Shown here piece after piece: positions 1-10,332 of a stretch of DNA of 64,000 nucleotides. Under the pieces are notes generated by a model. The model made no database searches and had not been told where the DNA came from. It saw only the letters and a program-made list of their open reading frames with translations. The DNA lies in contig OY776215.1 of NCBI GenBank assembly GCA_963675495.1, positions 288,001-352,000 on the forward strand, given 5' to 3'. This DNA comes from an uncultured Methanolobus sp. Lineage in GTDB: Archaea; Halobacteriota; Methanosarcinia; Methanosarcinales; Methanosarcinaceae. The first letter of the stretch is position 1. Each line of letters begins with the position of its first letter. The position numbers and the translations under genes are program-made.

Positions 1-357
1 TTGTGGCTCGTTACCTATGTTGACCTGAAGGAATACTTTCTGTACCTTGTCAATGGCTTTAGCTTTTCTATCAATATCCTGCATTAACTTTAAGGAATCG
101 ACCGACTGGATCACATCAAAGAATTGAACCGCTTTCTTTACCTTGTTTGTCTGTAAATGTCCTATAAGGTGCCTTTCACATGATAGGAGCTCTTCATATT
201 TTTCTTCGAACTCCTGAACCCTGTTCTCTCCTATTATAGTGGCTCCAGCCCTGATGGATTCATTTATTCTTTCAGGATCAATTGTCTTGGTAACACAGAC
301 AAGTTTTGTGTTTGCGAGTTCTTTGAAGATGGTCTTTATATTTTGAGTGACTGACAT
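1..357 (-). CDS. yggS: YggS/PLPBP family pyridoxal phosphate homeostasis protein (3' end runs off the window)
   Basis: Not in the ORF track; manual translation from ATG at 357 gives MSVTQNIKTIFKELANTKLVCVTKT...GENRVQE...HLIGHLQTNKVK...IQSVDS...LQVNIGNEPQ, the typical YggS motifs. Confidence 0.92.
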   Translation of the reverse strand, partial: MSVTQNIKTIFKELANTKLVCVTKTIDPERINESIRAGATIIGENRVQEFEEKYEELLSCERHLIGHLQTNKVKKAVQFFDVIQSVDSLKLMQDIDRKAKAIDKVQKVFLQVNIGNEPQ

Positions 358-504
358 TTTTTTACCAATATTACTTTATTAAAAATATAATATTTTGAAA
401 GGCTCTAATTGCAAGTTATATGAATTAAATGCAATGTATTGAATATAATAAGTTCGTTTGAGTAGAATATCATTATAAAAATAAAAAAATGAAGAAAAAT
501 ATAT

Positions 505-792
505 TTAGCCTTCTTCAAGGCTTGCTATATCTTTTTCTGTGCTGAAAAGGTATTCTTTAAGTTCTTTGGCGAAATTCTCATCATTCTGTCTGAGCCATTC
601 TATAAGCATGGCTGCATGTTCTTTCTCTTCATTTGCATTGTGGATCAAGATCTTCTTCAGGTTCTCATCGGTGCATGCATCTGCTCTCTGGTTGTACCAG
701 TCTACAGCTTCCAGTTCTTCTCTTAGAGAATCGATTGCCCTGGTAAGGTTTAAAGTCTTTTCTGACATGTTACTTCTTTCTTCATGAATCAT
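505..792 (-). CDS. Encapsulated-ferritin-like (EncFtn/Flp) protein
   Basis: RAIDSLREELEAVDWYNQR and HNANEEKEHAAMLIEWLR motifs; start placed at MIHEE (792) by alignment with EncFtn N-termini and an upstream AGGCGA. Confidence 0.88.
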   Translation of the reverse strand: MIHEERSNMSEKTLNLTRAIDSLREELEAVDWYNQRADACTDENLKKILIHNANEEKEHAAMLIEWLRQNDENFAKELKEYLFSTEKDIASLEEG

Positions 793-896
793 GTTTATCG
801 CCTGTAAATAGGACATAAACAGTATATAATTTTTGGCAAAAAATGTGTTATCTAAGACTAATTTCTACAGTCGTAGAAATGGATATTCAAGCCATA

Positions 897-1514
897 TCAT
901 AACTTTTTTATTCTTTTCTGGTACCCTTTTAAGCTGGGTATGATCTTGTGGACCTCTTTCTGATACTCACGATATTCATCACCGAATTGTGCCACCAGCC
1001 TACTTTCCCAGTGCATGGATCCCATAACCAGATATATGGTCGTCAGAAGGTATATGATGAGCAGATTGACGGTCATAAAAGGAGTAAGCACCATTATCAC
1101 CAGTCCGGAGAAAAGGAAAGGATCCCTTATCCATCGGTAAACACCCCGGATATCCAGAGGGGCTGCATCAGGGGTATTTGGTGTGGATAATTGTCCACGT
1201 AGCCTGAATCTTTGGGGTGCATCCAGCAAAGCCCTTGGACCAACAATAGCAGCTATCACCTGTCCACCTACCATGAACCAGCGCCAGGGAGAAGGGACGA
1301 TGTATAAGAACGGGCCTGGGTTCTTATAAAGCAGATAGACAAGTGGTATTAGAGTTACCACTGCGATAAGATTGTATATTGGCATATACAAATCGTCTGC
1401 TCTGGACCCTAAGGCTCCTCTGATGAAACGTTTAACTGGCAAGCTCGCCAAAAGGCTGTGAATAGCTGCAAATCCTACCAGGCATAGAATAAGAATCACT
1501 ATATATGATACCAA
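897..1514 (-). CDS. NnrU/nurim/isoprenylcysteine carboxyl methyltransferase-family membrane protein
   Basis: Multi-TM; FAAIHSLLA near the N-terminus, GVYRWIRDP, and C-terminal WESRLVAQFGDEYREYQKEVHKIIP (ICMT-like EE.L...FG..Y..Y...V...IP). Confidence 0.75.
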   Translation of the reverse strand: MVSYIVILILCLVGFAAIHSLLASLPVKRFIRGALGSRADDLYMPIYNLIAVVTLIPLVYLLYKNPGPFLYIVPSPWRWFMVGGQVIAAIVGPRALLDAPQRFRLRGQLSTPNTPDAAPLDIRGVYRWIRDPFLFSGLVIMVLTPFMTVNLLIIYLLTTIYLVMGSMHWESRLVAQFGDEYREYQKEVHKIIPSLKGYQKRIKKL

Positions 1515-1659
1515 TTTTTACAATCTCCTTCCTTTTATTTGGGGAAAGTTGTATTTAGGGTTTTTGAATTAAGAGCGGATAGCGATCTTTAAAACTTTCT
1601 GCACCAATATCCAAAACCATAATCTAAAGAATTATTTCTTCATTTTGCTTAATGCCCTA

Positions 1660-3438
1660 TTATTCTAATGGTATTTCAAAAACAAATGTAGATCCTTTGC
1701 CAAGTTCACTTTCAACCCAAACGGTTCCTTTGTGCATTTCTACCAATTTCTTTACAATAGCCAGACCAAGTCCTGTTCCTTCAAATGTTCTATTATTTGC
1801 TGTATCAAGCTGGCCAAAAACTGTAAACAATTTACTCTGGTACTCTTTAGATATGCCCATTCCTGTATCAATTATTTCAAACCGGATATTTTTATTAATT
1901 GATTTAATGTTCAAAGTTACTTTGCCACCGTCTTGAGTAAATTTTATAGCATTATTAACAAGATTGTATAATATCTGTTTAAGCCTGACTTTATCAGCTT
2001 TGATTGTTTTTGTATCACAATCATTATTCTGCAGCAGCTCAATTTTCTTTATATGTGCAAGAGGAGAACATGCCATTAAGACTTCATCAACAACCTCATC
2101 AATTGATGCATTATCATCAAATATTTCCATTTTTCCAGCTTCGATCTTAGAGATATCAAGTATATCGTTTATGACGCTGAGAAGATGCTTGCCACTGTTA
2201 GATACATTACTTACATACTTATTTTGTTTTTCATTGAGACTTCCAATCCTGTTTTCAAGAAGAATATCCGAGAAACCGATTATAGAATTGAGAGGTGTCC
2301 GTAGTTCATGACTCATGTTGGCCAGAAAAGTACTTTTGGCAACATTAGCCATTTCTGCCTTATTTGCCATATAATTAGCTTTATTGATAGCTTCTAGCAA
2401 CTCTTCTTCTGCATTCTTACGTTCAGTGATGTTATTTATGAGCACCATTTTACCTATTGTACTCCCGTAGTGATCATACAGTGGAAGAAATGTAATATTG
2501 AACCAGAGGATAGAACCTGCGTTCATCTTTTTTATTTCAATAACGTTTCTTTTGCTTGATTCGTTTTCTCTTTTTAAAAGATCACACCATGGCTCTGGTA
2601 AGTCCGATATGTGTGCTCCTATATCTTTTGTTTTTATGTATTGATTTTTCATAGCAGAACTGTTATAGTCCACTACTCTCTGCTCATTATCGAAAACTAT
2701 GACACTATCAAGGAGATTGTCAAAAAGCAGACCTCGTGCCAACGGAACAAGGTTAAACAATTTATATCGCGTAAATCCTATATATATAATGATTGCACTC
2801 AGTGTGAGGGAAAAAGGAGCAGGATCTATACCCCATGGAGCGAGTCCTAATAGATGGATCAGAAGGGTTAAAAAGGGCATTGAAGATCCGATTATAACAA
2901 AAATGATCTGCTTACGGAAAAAAGGTAGGGTTCCTTGCAGCATACCAAAAAGAAAACCTAAGCTAATAATGATGCAAAGAATAGCATATGAAAAGTGTAC
3001 CCAATACCATATACCAGGCTCATAAGCAAATACAGGGAATAGACCGTCATAATTTATATAAAATCTCTTATGGAACAAATTATGGTATTCAGTTGTAAAC
3101 ACAAGCAAAAGAGTTACAAGGGGAATACTTAGGAATACAGCTACTAAAGGTTTTGATAAAAGGTCTTTTTTACCACTATAGGTTATTGCAAAAAGCATGA
3201 AGAATAAAGGAATTATAGCAATTCCTATATATTCCAACTTATAAAAGAGTAAAAATGTGTCGACATCAGTAGCCGATATTTCCAGTGCATAAAAAAATGA
3301 ATAAAAACCTATGGAAACCAGAAGAAATGCACAATATTTTGCACCTGGTGTAGCCTTGTATTTTTCAATATAATACAAAAGGATGCAGACAATAAAACAT
3401 GAAATGAACAAAGGAATTGAGTAAATATTGAAATACAT
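1660..3438 (-). CDS. Sensor histidine kinase (HisKA_7TM - PAS - HisKA - HATPase)
   Basis: 7-TM N-terminus; H-box FLANMSHELRTPLNSIIGFS; N-box NLVNNAIKFT; G-boxes DTGMGI and GTGLGL. Confidence 0.95.
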   Translation of the reverse strand: MYFNIYSIPLFISCFIVCILLYYIEKYKATPGAKYCAFLLVSIGFYSFFYALEISATDVDTFLLFYKLEYIGIAIIPLFFMLFAITYSGKKDLLSKPLVAVFLSIPLVTLLLVFTTEYHNLFHKRFYINYDGLFPVFAYEPGIWYWVHFSYAILCIIISLGFLFGMLQGTLPFFRKQIIFVIIGSSMPFLTLLIHLLGLAPWGIDPAPFSLTLSAIIIYIGFTRYKLFNLVPLARGLLFDNLLDSVIVFDNEQRVVDYNSSAMKNQYIKTKDIGAHISDLPEPWCDLLKRENESSKRNVIEIKKMNAGSILWFNITFLPLYDHYGSTIGKMVLINNITERKNAEEELLEAINKANYMANKAEMANVAKSTFLANMSHELRTPLNSIIGFSDILLENRIGSLNEKQNKYVSNVSNSGKHLLSVINDILDISKIEAGKMEIFDDNASIDEVVDEVLMACSPLAHIKKIELLQNNDCDTKTIKADKVRLKQILYNLVNNAIKFTQDGGKVTLNIKSINKNIRFEIIDTGMGISKEYQSKLFTVFGQLDTANNRTFEGTGLGLAIVKKLVEMHKGTVWVESELGKGSTFVFEIPLE

Positions 3439-3775
3439 CCTGCCTCCGTATTTACTGACAAATTACTCCTTTTGTTAATTTCAGTTCTGCTTCGTAGTGG
3501 AAATTATAGAATTTATAAAACAGTCCAAAAAATTTGTTGAATATCTTTACACCAACAAGCAAAATTATAAACAGATGAATGCATTAATTCCTGCATGTTC
3601 TGCCATCATTCTATATTGCATGTTTACATGCAAATATTTTGGAATGGAAAATCTTACTTTGGAACAACAAACAATGAGACAACATTTGATTTGTTATATA
3701 TTTACGTACTCATCAATACATATTACTAACTTTATAAAAACATATTGATGTGAACATTTTGCATCTATAAAGTCA

Positions 3776-4198
3776 TTATGTTGATTCATCATCGTAATTG
3801 AATTGCCATCCAACTCCAAACTTGTCGGTTACGTAGCCATATAATTTGCTCCAGAACGTTTCCTGAAGCTCCATGCCTACGGTCCCATCAACTATGAGTT
3901 TGTTGAACATTGACTTTATTCTATCCATATCATTATTGATGATCATAAGGCTGATATTATTCCCGGTGACAAAAGGCATGCCAGGAGGAACATCAGAAAA
4001 CATCACAGTGCTTCCTTCTATAGTAAGGAAAGTATGTAATACCAGATCCTTTGTTTCCTCCGTAAGAGGAAAGTCTCCATCTTCCGGCATATCTTTGTAT
4101 AACATGATCTGAGGTTTTTCTGTTCCAAAAACCTCGGTATAGAATTCTACAGCTTCACGGCAGTTCCCATTAAAATTTATATACGCTTCTACAGACAT
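3776..4198 (-). CDS. VOC/PhnB-like glyoxalase family protein
   Basis: YINFNGNCREAVEFY ... ETFWSKLYGYVTDKFGVGWQF; start MSVEAY preceded by GGAGTG. Confidence 0.9.
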   Translation of the reverse strand: MSVEAYINFNGNCREAVEFYTEVFGTEKPQIMLYKDMPEDGDFPLTEETKDLVLHTFLTIEGSTVMFSDVPPGMPFVTGNNISLMIINNDMDRIKSMFNKLIVDGTVGMELQETFWSKLYGYVTDKFGVGWQFNYDDEST

Positions 4199-4315
4199 TT
4201 TATTCACTCCCACTTTTAAATCCAATTGTAAGAATTGAAACTTGCTCTATTAAATAGATTCCCAACATATTTTTTAGACTCAAGGAATTAGGTTCACAAA
4301 AAAAGTAAAATGAAA

Positions 4316-5089
4316 TCAAACAAATGTCGAATTCAAATATCTAAAAACAATATCATTGAATTTATCATATTGCTCTATAGAGCATACATGACCACAATTA
4401 TCAATTATTTCTACCCGGGAATTGCGTATTTTTTTACTATGCCTTAAAATGTCTTTCAAAAAAAGGTGGTCCTCATTTCCTGAAACAAACAAGATTTTAA
4501 TATCATCATTTAGTTCATCTAACCAGGCTAAGCTTCCTTTTGTTTGTGGAATAAGATCAACCCATCTACAGAATTCATCATAACCTAATTTTTTTGCTTC
4601 GTTTACAAAGACAGCCCGTGACTTCCTGTGATTTTTCCGGGGCAATATTATGTAGGCGAAAAATCTGTAAAGAACCATGTAGTTTATCCATTTTTTAAAA
4701 GTTATTGCAGTATAAAGTAAACATTTTGTTCTCATGTTGAACTTAACAATTCCTCCACCCATGATCAGCGAATCTACTATTTCCGGGTAAAATATAGCAA
4801 ATCGTAAGCATATTAAAGAACTAAAAGAAAAGCCCATAAAATGAGCTTTTTCAATTTTATAGTATTTTAATGTGTTATTTATAAGCTCACATACTTTATT
4901 CAGGTCGATATCTTCATTTCTTTTTTCCTTATGCATTTCCAGCACAAGCAGGTTATAATGTTTTGAAAAGAACTCGATCTGTTTTTTCCAGGTCCTTGCG
5001 CTGCCTCCAAACCCATGAATAAATACTATCCAGTCATCAGTATCATTTTTATGAAAAACTTCGGCACTAAATCTTTTTTCTTCTGCCAT
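4316..5089 (-). CDS. Alpha/beta hydrolase
   Basis: FIHGFGG oxyanion motif, GFSFS nucleophile elbow, GNED acid, CGH His; overlaps the upstream radical SAM gene by 23 nt. Confidence 0.88.
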   Translation of the reverse strand: MAEEKRFSAEVFHKNDTDDWIVFIHGFGGSARTWKKQIEFFSKHYNLLVLEMHKEKRNEDIDLNKVCELINNTLKYYKIEKAHFMGFSFSSLICLRFAIFYPEIVDSLIMGGGIVKFNMRTKCLLYTAITFKKWINYMVLYRFFAYIILPRKNHRKSRAVFVNEAKKLGYDEFCRWVDLIPQTKGSLAWLDELNDDIKILFVSGNEDHLFLKDILRHSKKIRNSRVEIIDNCGHVCSIEQYDKFNDIVFRYLNSTFV

Positions 5090-6335
5090 CTGTTATTCCT
5101 TTTTTAAAAGCAAAATATTTCAAGAATTTAGGGAAGTTCTTTTGATTATGAATTGGCATTTTCTTGAACAATTCTTCTGATTTCCCTTCCCATTCTCTAG
5201 CTCTTTCAAAACTTTTCTTAGCAAGATCTTCCGCTGATTCCGGGTTAGCCAGATGAGTTGACCTTGCTTCTCCGGCTTTAACCACATCAATAATTGCCTG
5301 AGGATTATCTATTAATGGACAGGCTCTTAATGGGTTTTGTGAAAATGGTTGAGCATTTCTAAAGGCAGTAAAAAATTTAGATCTGAGAGCTTCAGCAAGT
5401 GATACGTCATGTATGTTTGAATCCGAATAATGGCAAAATGCACAGGGTTCAACGTCACCCTTAGCATTAATATGAGCAAAACCAACACCAGCACCAATGC
5501 AGCCGAAAGACAAATGGCCATTGTTCCAGAAATCCACAATTACGTAGTCATGTTTTGCGCAGTAGTCCCTGATCTTTTCCTGTACGTATGCCCTTTGTTC
5601 AGCGGTGCATACTAAAGAGGTGTCAGCAGTGCTTCCAACTGGAATAAACTGGAATAACCAGCCGAACCATGCTCCTTTTTCACGCATATAGTCTAGAAAA
5701 TCATCACTGGCTATGGTCTCATAGTTCTTTGAATGATAGCAAGCTGAAAAAGCAAATGCAATGCCCCTGGATTTTAAGATATCCATAGCTTTTATTGCTT
5801 TATCGTAAACACCAGGACCTCGTCTAAAATCATTCTCTTCTTTTGTTCCTTCGATGCTTATAAAAACATTCAAATTCCCCAGCTTGGCCATTTCATCAGC
5901 AAATTCTTCATCGATCAAAGTAGCATTAGTAAACGCACCGAAAGTCATTTTATTATGCTTTTTGCATAATTTCAGAATATCTTCTTTCCGAAGTAAAGGT
6001 TCACCACCGGTCATTAAACAATCCATAATCCCTAATTTTTCAGCTTGAGACAATATATCGTCAAACTTTTCATATGAAATATTATGGCCACTTTCATAAT
6101 CTTTTGACCAGCACCCTTTACACTTTAAATTGCAATTACTTGTTGGATCTATAAGAAGAACCCTTGGAATAGAACTTTTGTTTTTGATCCCGTTATATAA
6201 CTCTTTCAAAGTAACAAAATTACCCATAGTTAAATGAGTTGTTATTCTCTTAGCTGAAAAAAACTGCTTCGACCTATAGATATAAGCTTTATGATGTGGG
6301 AATGGAGGTATTTTCTCCTTTTTCCCATTAATCAT
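5067..6335 (-). CDS. Radical SAM / SPASM-twitch domain protein (Clostridia-like family)
   Basis: DPTSNCNLKCKGCW (CxxxCxxC), TGGEP, C-terminal GCIGAG..HINAKGDVEPCAFCH and CPLIDNP. Confidence 0.92.
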   Translation of the reverse strand: MINGKKEKIPPFPHHKAYIYRSKQFFSAKRITTHLTMGNFVTLKELYNGIKNKSSIPRVLLIDPTSNCNLKCKGCWSKDYESGHNISYEKFDDILSQAEKLGIMDCLMTGGEPLLRKEDILKLCKKHNKMTFGAFTNATLIDEEFADEMAKLGNLNVFISIEGTKEENDFRRGPGVYDKAIKAMDILKSRGIAFAFSACYHSKNYETIASDDFLDYMREKGAWFGWLFQFIPVGSTADTSLVCTAEQRAYVQEKIRDYCAKHDYVIVDFWNNGHLSFGCIGAGVGFAHINAKGDVEPCAFCHYSDSNIHDVSLAEALRSKFFTAFRNAQPFSQNPLRACPLIDNPQAIIDVVKAGEARSTHLANPESAEDLAKKSFERAREWEGKSEELFKKMPIHNQKNFPKFLKYFAFKKGITDGRRKKI

Positions 6336-6365
6336 TAAATACTTCAGTTATAACCACTCCAACAT

Positions 6366-7118
6366 TTATTTTTTAGTCACAGATACTTTTTGTGGAATAA
6401 CACCATCAAAAACAAATTCACCATCTGAATTAGAGTTTAAACTATTGATTTCAAGTCCGGGAACCACTGTATAAATTCGAGGGAAATAGTCTTCCATTAC
6501 ATCTACATTTTCAGGTTCCAGATATTTGTCAGGAAGTGAAACCGGACCAAGATTAAAGGATTCCGGTTCTGCACTCAGCTGATTATTTGTAATGCTGATC
6601 TTTCCTTTGCTATAAATGTTCAAGGTGTCCGGTAGCGGAATAGGTACATCACCTGCAACATCTGAATACAGTTCGGCTTTGAGTTTTTTTATGTCAGCAG
6701 TGCTTGACCCTTCCATGGTTCCATCTGGTGAAACTTTTACCTGTAGATCATCAAACCACCAAAATCCAGGCGCAATTTCATTTAACAAAGCTGTTGACTC
6801 TGCCGCAGTTAAAGTGAATTCTTTCCTTTCATATTCAGAGAATTCAAAATTATAATCATCTATTGATTTATCATCCACATTCTCTTTGTACAGATCTTCT
6901 AATTCTTCGCCAGTCAGACCTTCATATTCTATAACCATACCAGTTTTTTCCAGAGCACTATTATAGTCCTCTTTAGTGTATTCAACTCCTAGATCTTTAG
7001 GTTCAACCACTGAAAAACTTGCATAGGCTCCTGCCAAACCAACTATGATTACCAGAAAAGCCACCGCAAATACATACTTTATTTTTCCTTTTTCGTTGTT
7101 CATTACATCACCAACCAT
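6366..7118 (-). CDS. Hypothetical membrane-anchored acidic protein
   Basis: Single N-terminal hydrophobic helix followed by an acidic soluble domain; start may be MNNEK (7103). Confidence 0.75.
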   Translation of the reverse strand: MVGDVMNNEKGKIKYVFAVAFLVIIVGLAGAYASFSVVEPKDLGVEYTKEDYNSALEKTGMVIEYEGLTGEELEDLYKENVDDKSIDDYNFEFSEYERKEFTLTAAESTALLNEIAPGFWWFDDLQVKVSPDGTMEGSSTADIKKLKAELYSDVAGDVPIPLPDTLNIYSKGKISITNNQLSAEPESFNLGPVSLPDKYLEPENVDVMEDYFPRIYTVVPGLEINSLNSNSDGEFVFDGVIPQKVSVTKK

Positions 7119-7385
7119 TATCCAAATATAATTATAATAATTCTAACTTGATTCTATTTAAATCAATATCCTAACATTAATAGTAAAAAGAAATCTCAAG
7201 CTTTTCGTTTTGTTAGGTTCAAGGAAAAACGCAAGCAAAACTAAGAGCTTATGAAATTATTTCTAGCAAGAATATATACCTTCCTATTTGATTTTGACCT
7301 TGTTTTTTTAAAAATATTATAATCACAAATAATATATCGCATGCATATTATACCTTTAAATTACTGTAAATAGTGTGAATAAGGC

Positions 7386-7883
7386 GTGGTAATGAAAACA
7401 GTAAAAAGAGATTTTGAAAATCTTGTACATCAAGGGATGAAATCCTATGGACTCGATGAACTTTCGTCGAAACTACTTGCAATGCTTTATTCTGAACCCG
7501 ATCCATTAACTTTAGAAGAGCTTACCCTAATGACAGGGTATGGTTTTTCAGCTGTTAGTGCCTCAATGAAATTGCTTAGTGGCGTAACTCTTGTAAATAA
7601 AACACGGAAAGCAGGTTCAAAAAAGTTATACTTTTCAGTTAAAAAAGATATGCTAACGATGACCATTGATGCAATCAAATCCAAAAATGAATTTTTGGTC
7701 GTCCCTGCGCTTAAAGATCTTCCTGCAATGCTTGAAATTTGTGAAAATAGTCAAGCGAAGGAATCAGAAGAATTGCTTAAATTAATCAATCAATATTACC
7801 AGCAAATGCTTGCATTAAATCTGATTTTTAAAAATTCAATTGAACTTACACAAAATATTCAAAAGGAGATAAATAAAGAATGA
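7386..7883 (+). CDS. GbsR/MarR-family transcriptional regulator
   Basis: PLTLEELTLMTGYGFSAVSASMKLL wHTH and GSKKLYF wing; heads a 4-gene operon. Confidence 0.85.
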   Translation: MVMKTVKRDFENLVHQGMKSYGLDELSSKLLAMLYSEPDPLTLEELTLMTGYGFSAVSASMKLLSGVTLVNKTRKAGSKKLYFSVKKDMLTMTIDAIKSKNEFLVVPALKDLPAMLEICENSQAKESEELLKLINQYYQQMLALNLIFKNSIELTQNIQKEINKE

Positions 7884-9106
7884 ATAAGAATACGAAACTA
7901 ACATATTTGCTCCTATTAATCTTTACAATTCTCTTAGCAGGAACGGTTACTGTTGAAGCAGAATCATCTGGCAATGAATGCTTGATAGCAGTTATAGAAG
8001 ACATAAGTCCCAGTTCAGTAAGTAGTGATGAGGAATTCACCATCGGAATCAGTCTTGAGAACTGTGGAACCAGAGTTCCTGAAAACATCAGATTTGAAAT
8101 AATCAGTATCCCTCCGGATATCATAGTTACAGAAGATCTGGTTGCTTATATTCCTAAATTCGTATACCAGGACAGCGAAAGACAGCTCAGATACCACATG
8201 AGAACAACTCCTGATGCTAAATCAGGTCTTCATATAATTAAGATGAAATTAACATATGGGAATGAAGATGTAAAAAGAACAACATATTATGAAGTTGAAA
8301 TCGTGGTGACAGGCGAACATGCAGAACCAAGAATATCTTCTGTCATAACCAGTCCTGAATACATCTACGAGGGAGATACAGTTGATTTGAGATTAGGCAT
8401 AGAGAATTTTGGTGATTCAATAGCAAAATCTGTTTCTGTTAGTTTAGATCACGAATTTAAAGGAATTAAAAATTCTACAATTGGAACTCTTGGCCTGAAT
8501 GGTAGTCAAACTGCATTGTTCAAATTCAAGGCAAGCAGTTCAGGAGAATTTAAGATACCTGTCATAATAGAGTACGAAGATGATTTTGGCGAGCAAAAAG
8601 ATGAATATGATATTAAAATAACCGTGCTTGACAAAAAAGGCAGTTTAAATCTTGCATCTGTAAAGGTTGATCCCGTTCTTCCTTACACAGGTGATACTAT
8701 AGAATTGACCATGCGTATCGAAAACTCCGGTGACAGAACAATAAATTCAATAAAAGCCTATGCTGACCATCCGTTCAAAGGGCTAAAAGAATCATTCATA
8801 GGAACTCTTGATCCAAATGAAGATGGGCCGGCGGTAATTACTTTTATAGCTGATGAAGCAGGGGAATACGAGATCCCTGTGATCATAACTTACATTGATG
8901 ATTTTGGTGAAGAGCAAATCGAAACGAAGATCAATCTAATAGTCCTGGAAAGAAGTAGTGGAGCAGGAGTTATTGTAGTTTTATTACTTATCTTAGCAGT
9001 TATTGGAGGATTAATTTACAATAACTACAGAACAAAAAGGTCAAAAGATAAGATAATCAGGCAATTAATGGAAGGTAGCGATAATTCTGCTAACAACAAA
9101 GAATAA
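7880..9106 (+). CDS. COG1361 S-layer-like/Ig-repeat protein with C-terminal TM anchor
   Basis: Signal peptide, three Ig-like repeats (ENxG...IGTL...YxDDFGE), C-terminal TM; typical partner of archaeal FtsX/MacB-like ABC systems. Confidence 0.82.
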   Translation: MNKNTKLTYLLLLIFTILLAGTVTVEAESSGNECLIAVIEDISPSSVSSDEEFTIGISLENCGTRVPENIRFEIISIPPDIIVTEDLVAYIPKFVYQDSERQLRYHMRTTPDAKSGLHIIKMKLTYGNEDVKRTTYYEVEIVVTGEHAEPRISSVITSPEYIYEGDTVDLRLGIENFGDSIAKSVSVSLDHEFKGIKNSTIGTLGLNGSQTALFKFKASSSGEFKIPVIIEYEDDFGEQKDEYDIKITVLDKKGSLNLASVKVDPVLPYTGDTIELTMRIENSGDRTINSIKAYADHPFKGLKESFIGTLDPNEDGPAVITFIADEAGEYEIPVIITYIDDFGEEQIETKINLIVLERSSGAGVIVVLLLILAVIGGLIYNNYRTKRSKDKIIRQLMEGSDNSANNKE

Positions 9107-9121
9107 TGAGAGGTATTCAAT

Positions 9122-10330
9122 ATGATCGACGATATCAGGGTAGGCGCTCTCATTGCATCCAGCAGTGTTAAAAGAGGTAACAAGAAAACACTAATGTTCA
9201 TAGTTTTTGTTCTTTCGCTCATTTTTATGAACCTGGTATTCCTTCCCTCGATGATAGGAGGAATGACCGTCCTCTTTACTGGCATGATGCAAGACTACCC
9301 TTACGGAGATATTGTCATTGAACCAACAGGCGACAATACCTACATCAACAATGCAGATAGCGTTTTGCAGAAGGTCCGGGCAGTAGAAGGAGTAAGAGCT
9401 GCAACAAAGAGACTGGACGTGGGAGCATCTATCGATCATAAACAGAATGTCGTAGGAGTCACCATAACTGGCTTACTTCCCATCGAAGAATATGAGATCT
9501 CACGATATCCATATATTATCAATGACGGTGATTTTCTTGGGGAACTTTCCAGGGATGAGATAATCATTGGTGCCATGATAGCAGGCACTGGTTTTGGAGC
9601 AGAGATATATGATAACCTGGGTGAGGTCAGAGTAGGATCGCTTGTTGATGTAACGTACAGTAATGGTGTCAAAAGAACCTATAAGGTCAAAGGTATTATG
9701 GAAGGTACATTTGAACTTGTTGACCTGAATGCTCTGGTTCATTATAAAGAGATCGAGGAAGTATACGGCTTAGATCAGAGTAAAGCTACCAGCGTTGTTG
9801 TAAGGGTCGATAAGCAGGGAACTGAAGACGAATTAAAAGCCAAGATAAGAGATGCAGGAGTGAATGAGGAGATATTCACGTGGGCTGATAAATCTGAGAC
9901 TCTCATTAAGCAGGCAATGCAAAGTATGGGTGCCATAGATATCATGTCAAAATTTGTGAGTTTGATAGTTGGTGCAGCATTGATCCTAATTATAATCTAT
10001 ATTAATATACTAAATCGGAAAAAAGAGATTGGTATTTTAAAGGCGATAGGCATTACTCCAAGATCAATAATCTTGTCCTATGCATTCCTTAGTATGTTCT
10101 ATGTTTCTCTGGGAATTCTGGCAGGACTGACACTATATCTCACACTGATGCTCTATTTCCAGGCAAACCCGGTAACATTCTATGAAACCATGGAAATAAG
10201 TCCCCTTATAGATCCTATCCTGCTTATAGAAAGCATATTCACCATGCTTACATTGTCAGTGATAGCCGGCACACTTCCCGCATGGAGTGTATCAAAAGAG
10301 AGCATACTCAAAGCCATATGGGGTCGATAA
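9122..10330 (+). CDS. ABC transporter permease, FtsX/MacB/LolE type
   Basis: TM1, large extracytoplasmic domain, then RKKEIGILKAIG and three further TMs. Confidence 0.92.
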   Translation: MIDDIRVGALIASSSVKRGNKKTLMFIVFVLSLIFMNLVFLPSMIGGMTVLFTGMMQDYPYGDIVIEPTGDNTYINNADSVLQKVRAVEGVRAATKRLDVGASIDHKQNVVGVTITGLLPIEEYEISRYPYIINDGDFLGELSRDEIIIGAMIAGTGFGAEIYDNLGEVRVGSLVDVTYSNGVKRTYKVKGIMEGTFELVDLNALVHYKEIEEVYGLDQSKATSVVVRVDKQGTEDELKAKIRDAGVNEEIFTWADKSETLIKQAMQSMGAIDIMSKFVSLIVGAALILIIIYINILNRKKEIGILKAIGITPRSIILSYAFLSMFYVSLGILAGLTLYLTLMLYFQANPVTFYETMEISPLIDPILLIESIFTMLTLSVIAGTLPAWSVSKESILKAIWGR

Positions 10331-10332
10331 AA

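Noticed and set aside
3497-3748. 83-aa ORF on the + strand
   Set aside because: AT-rich, no RBS or motif, and lies in the promoter region of the histidine kinase.
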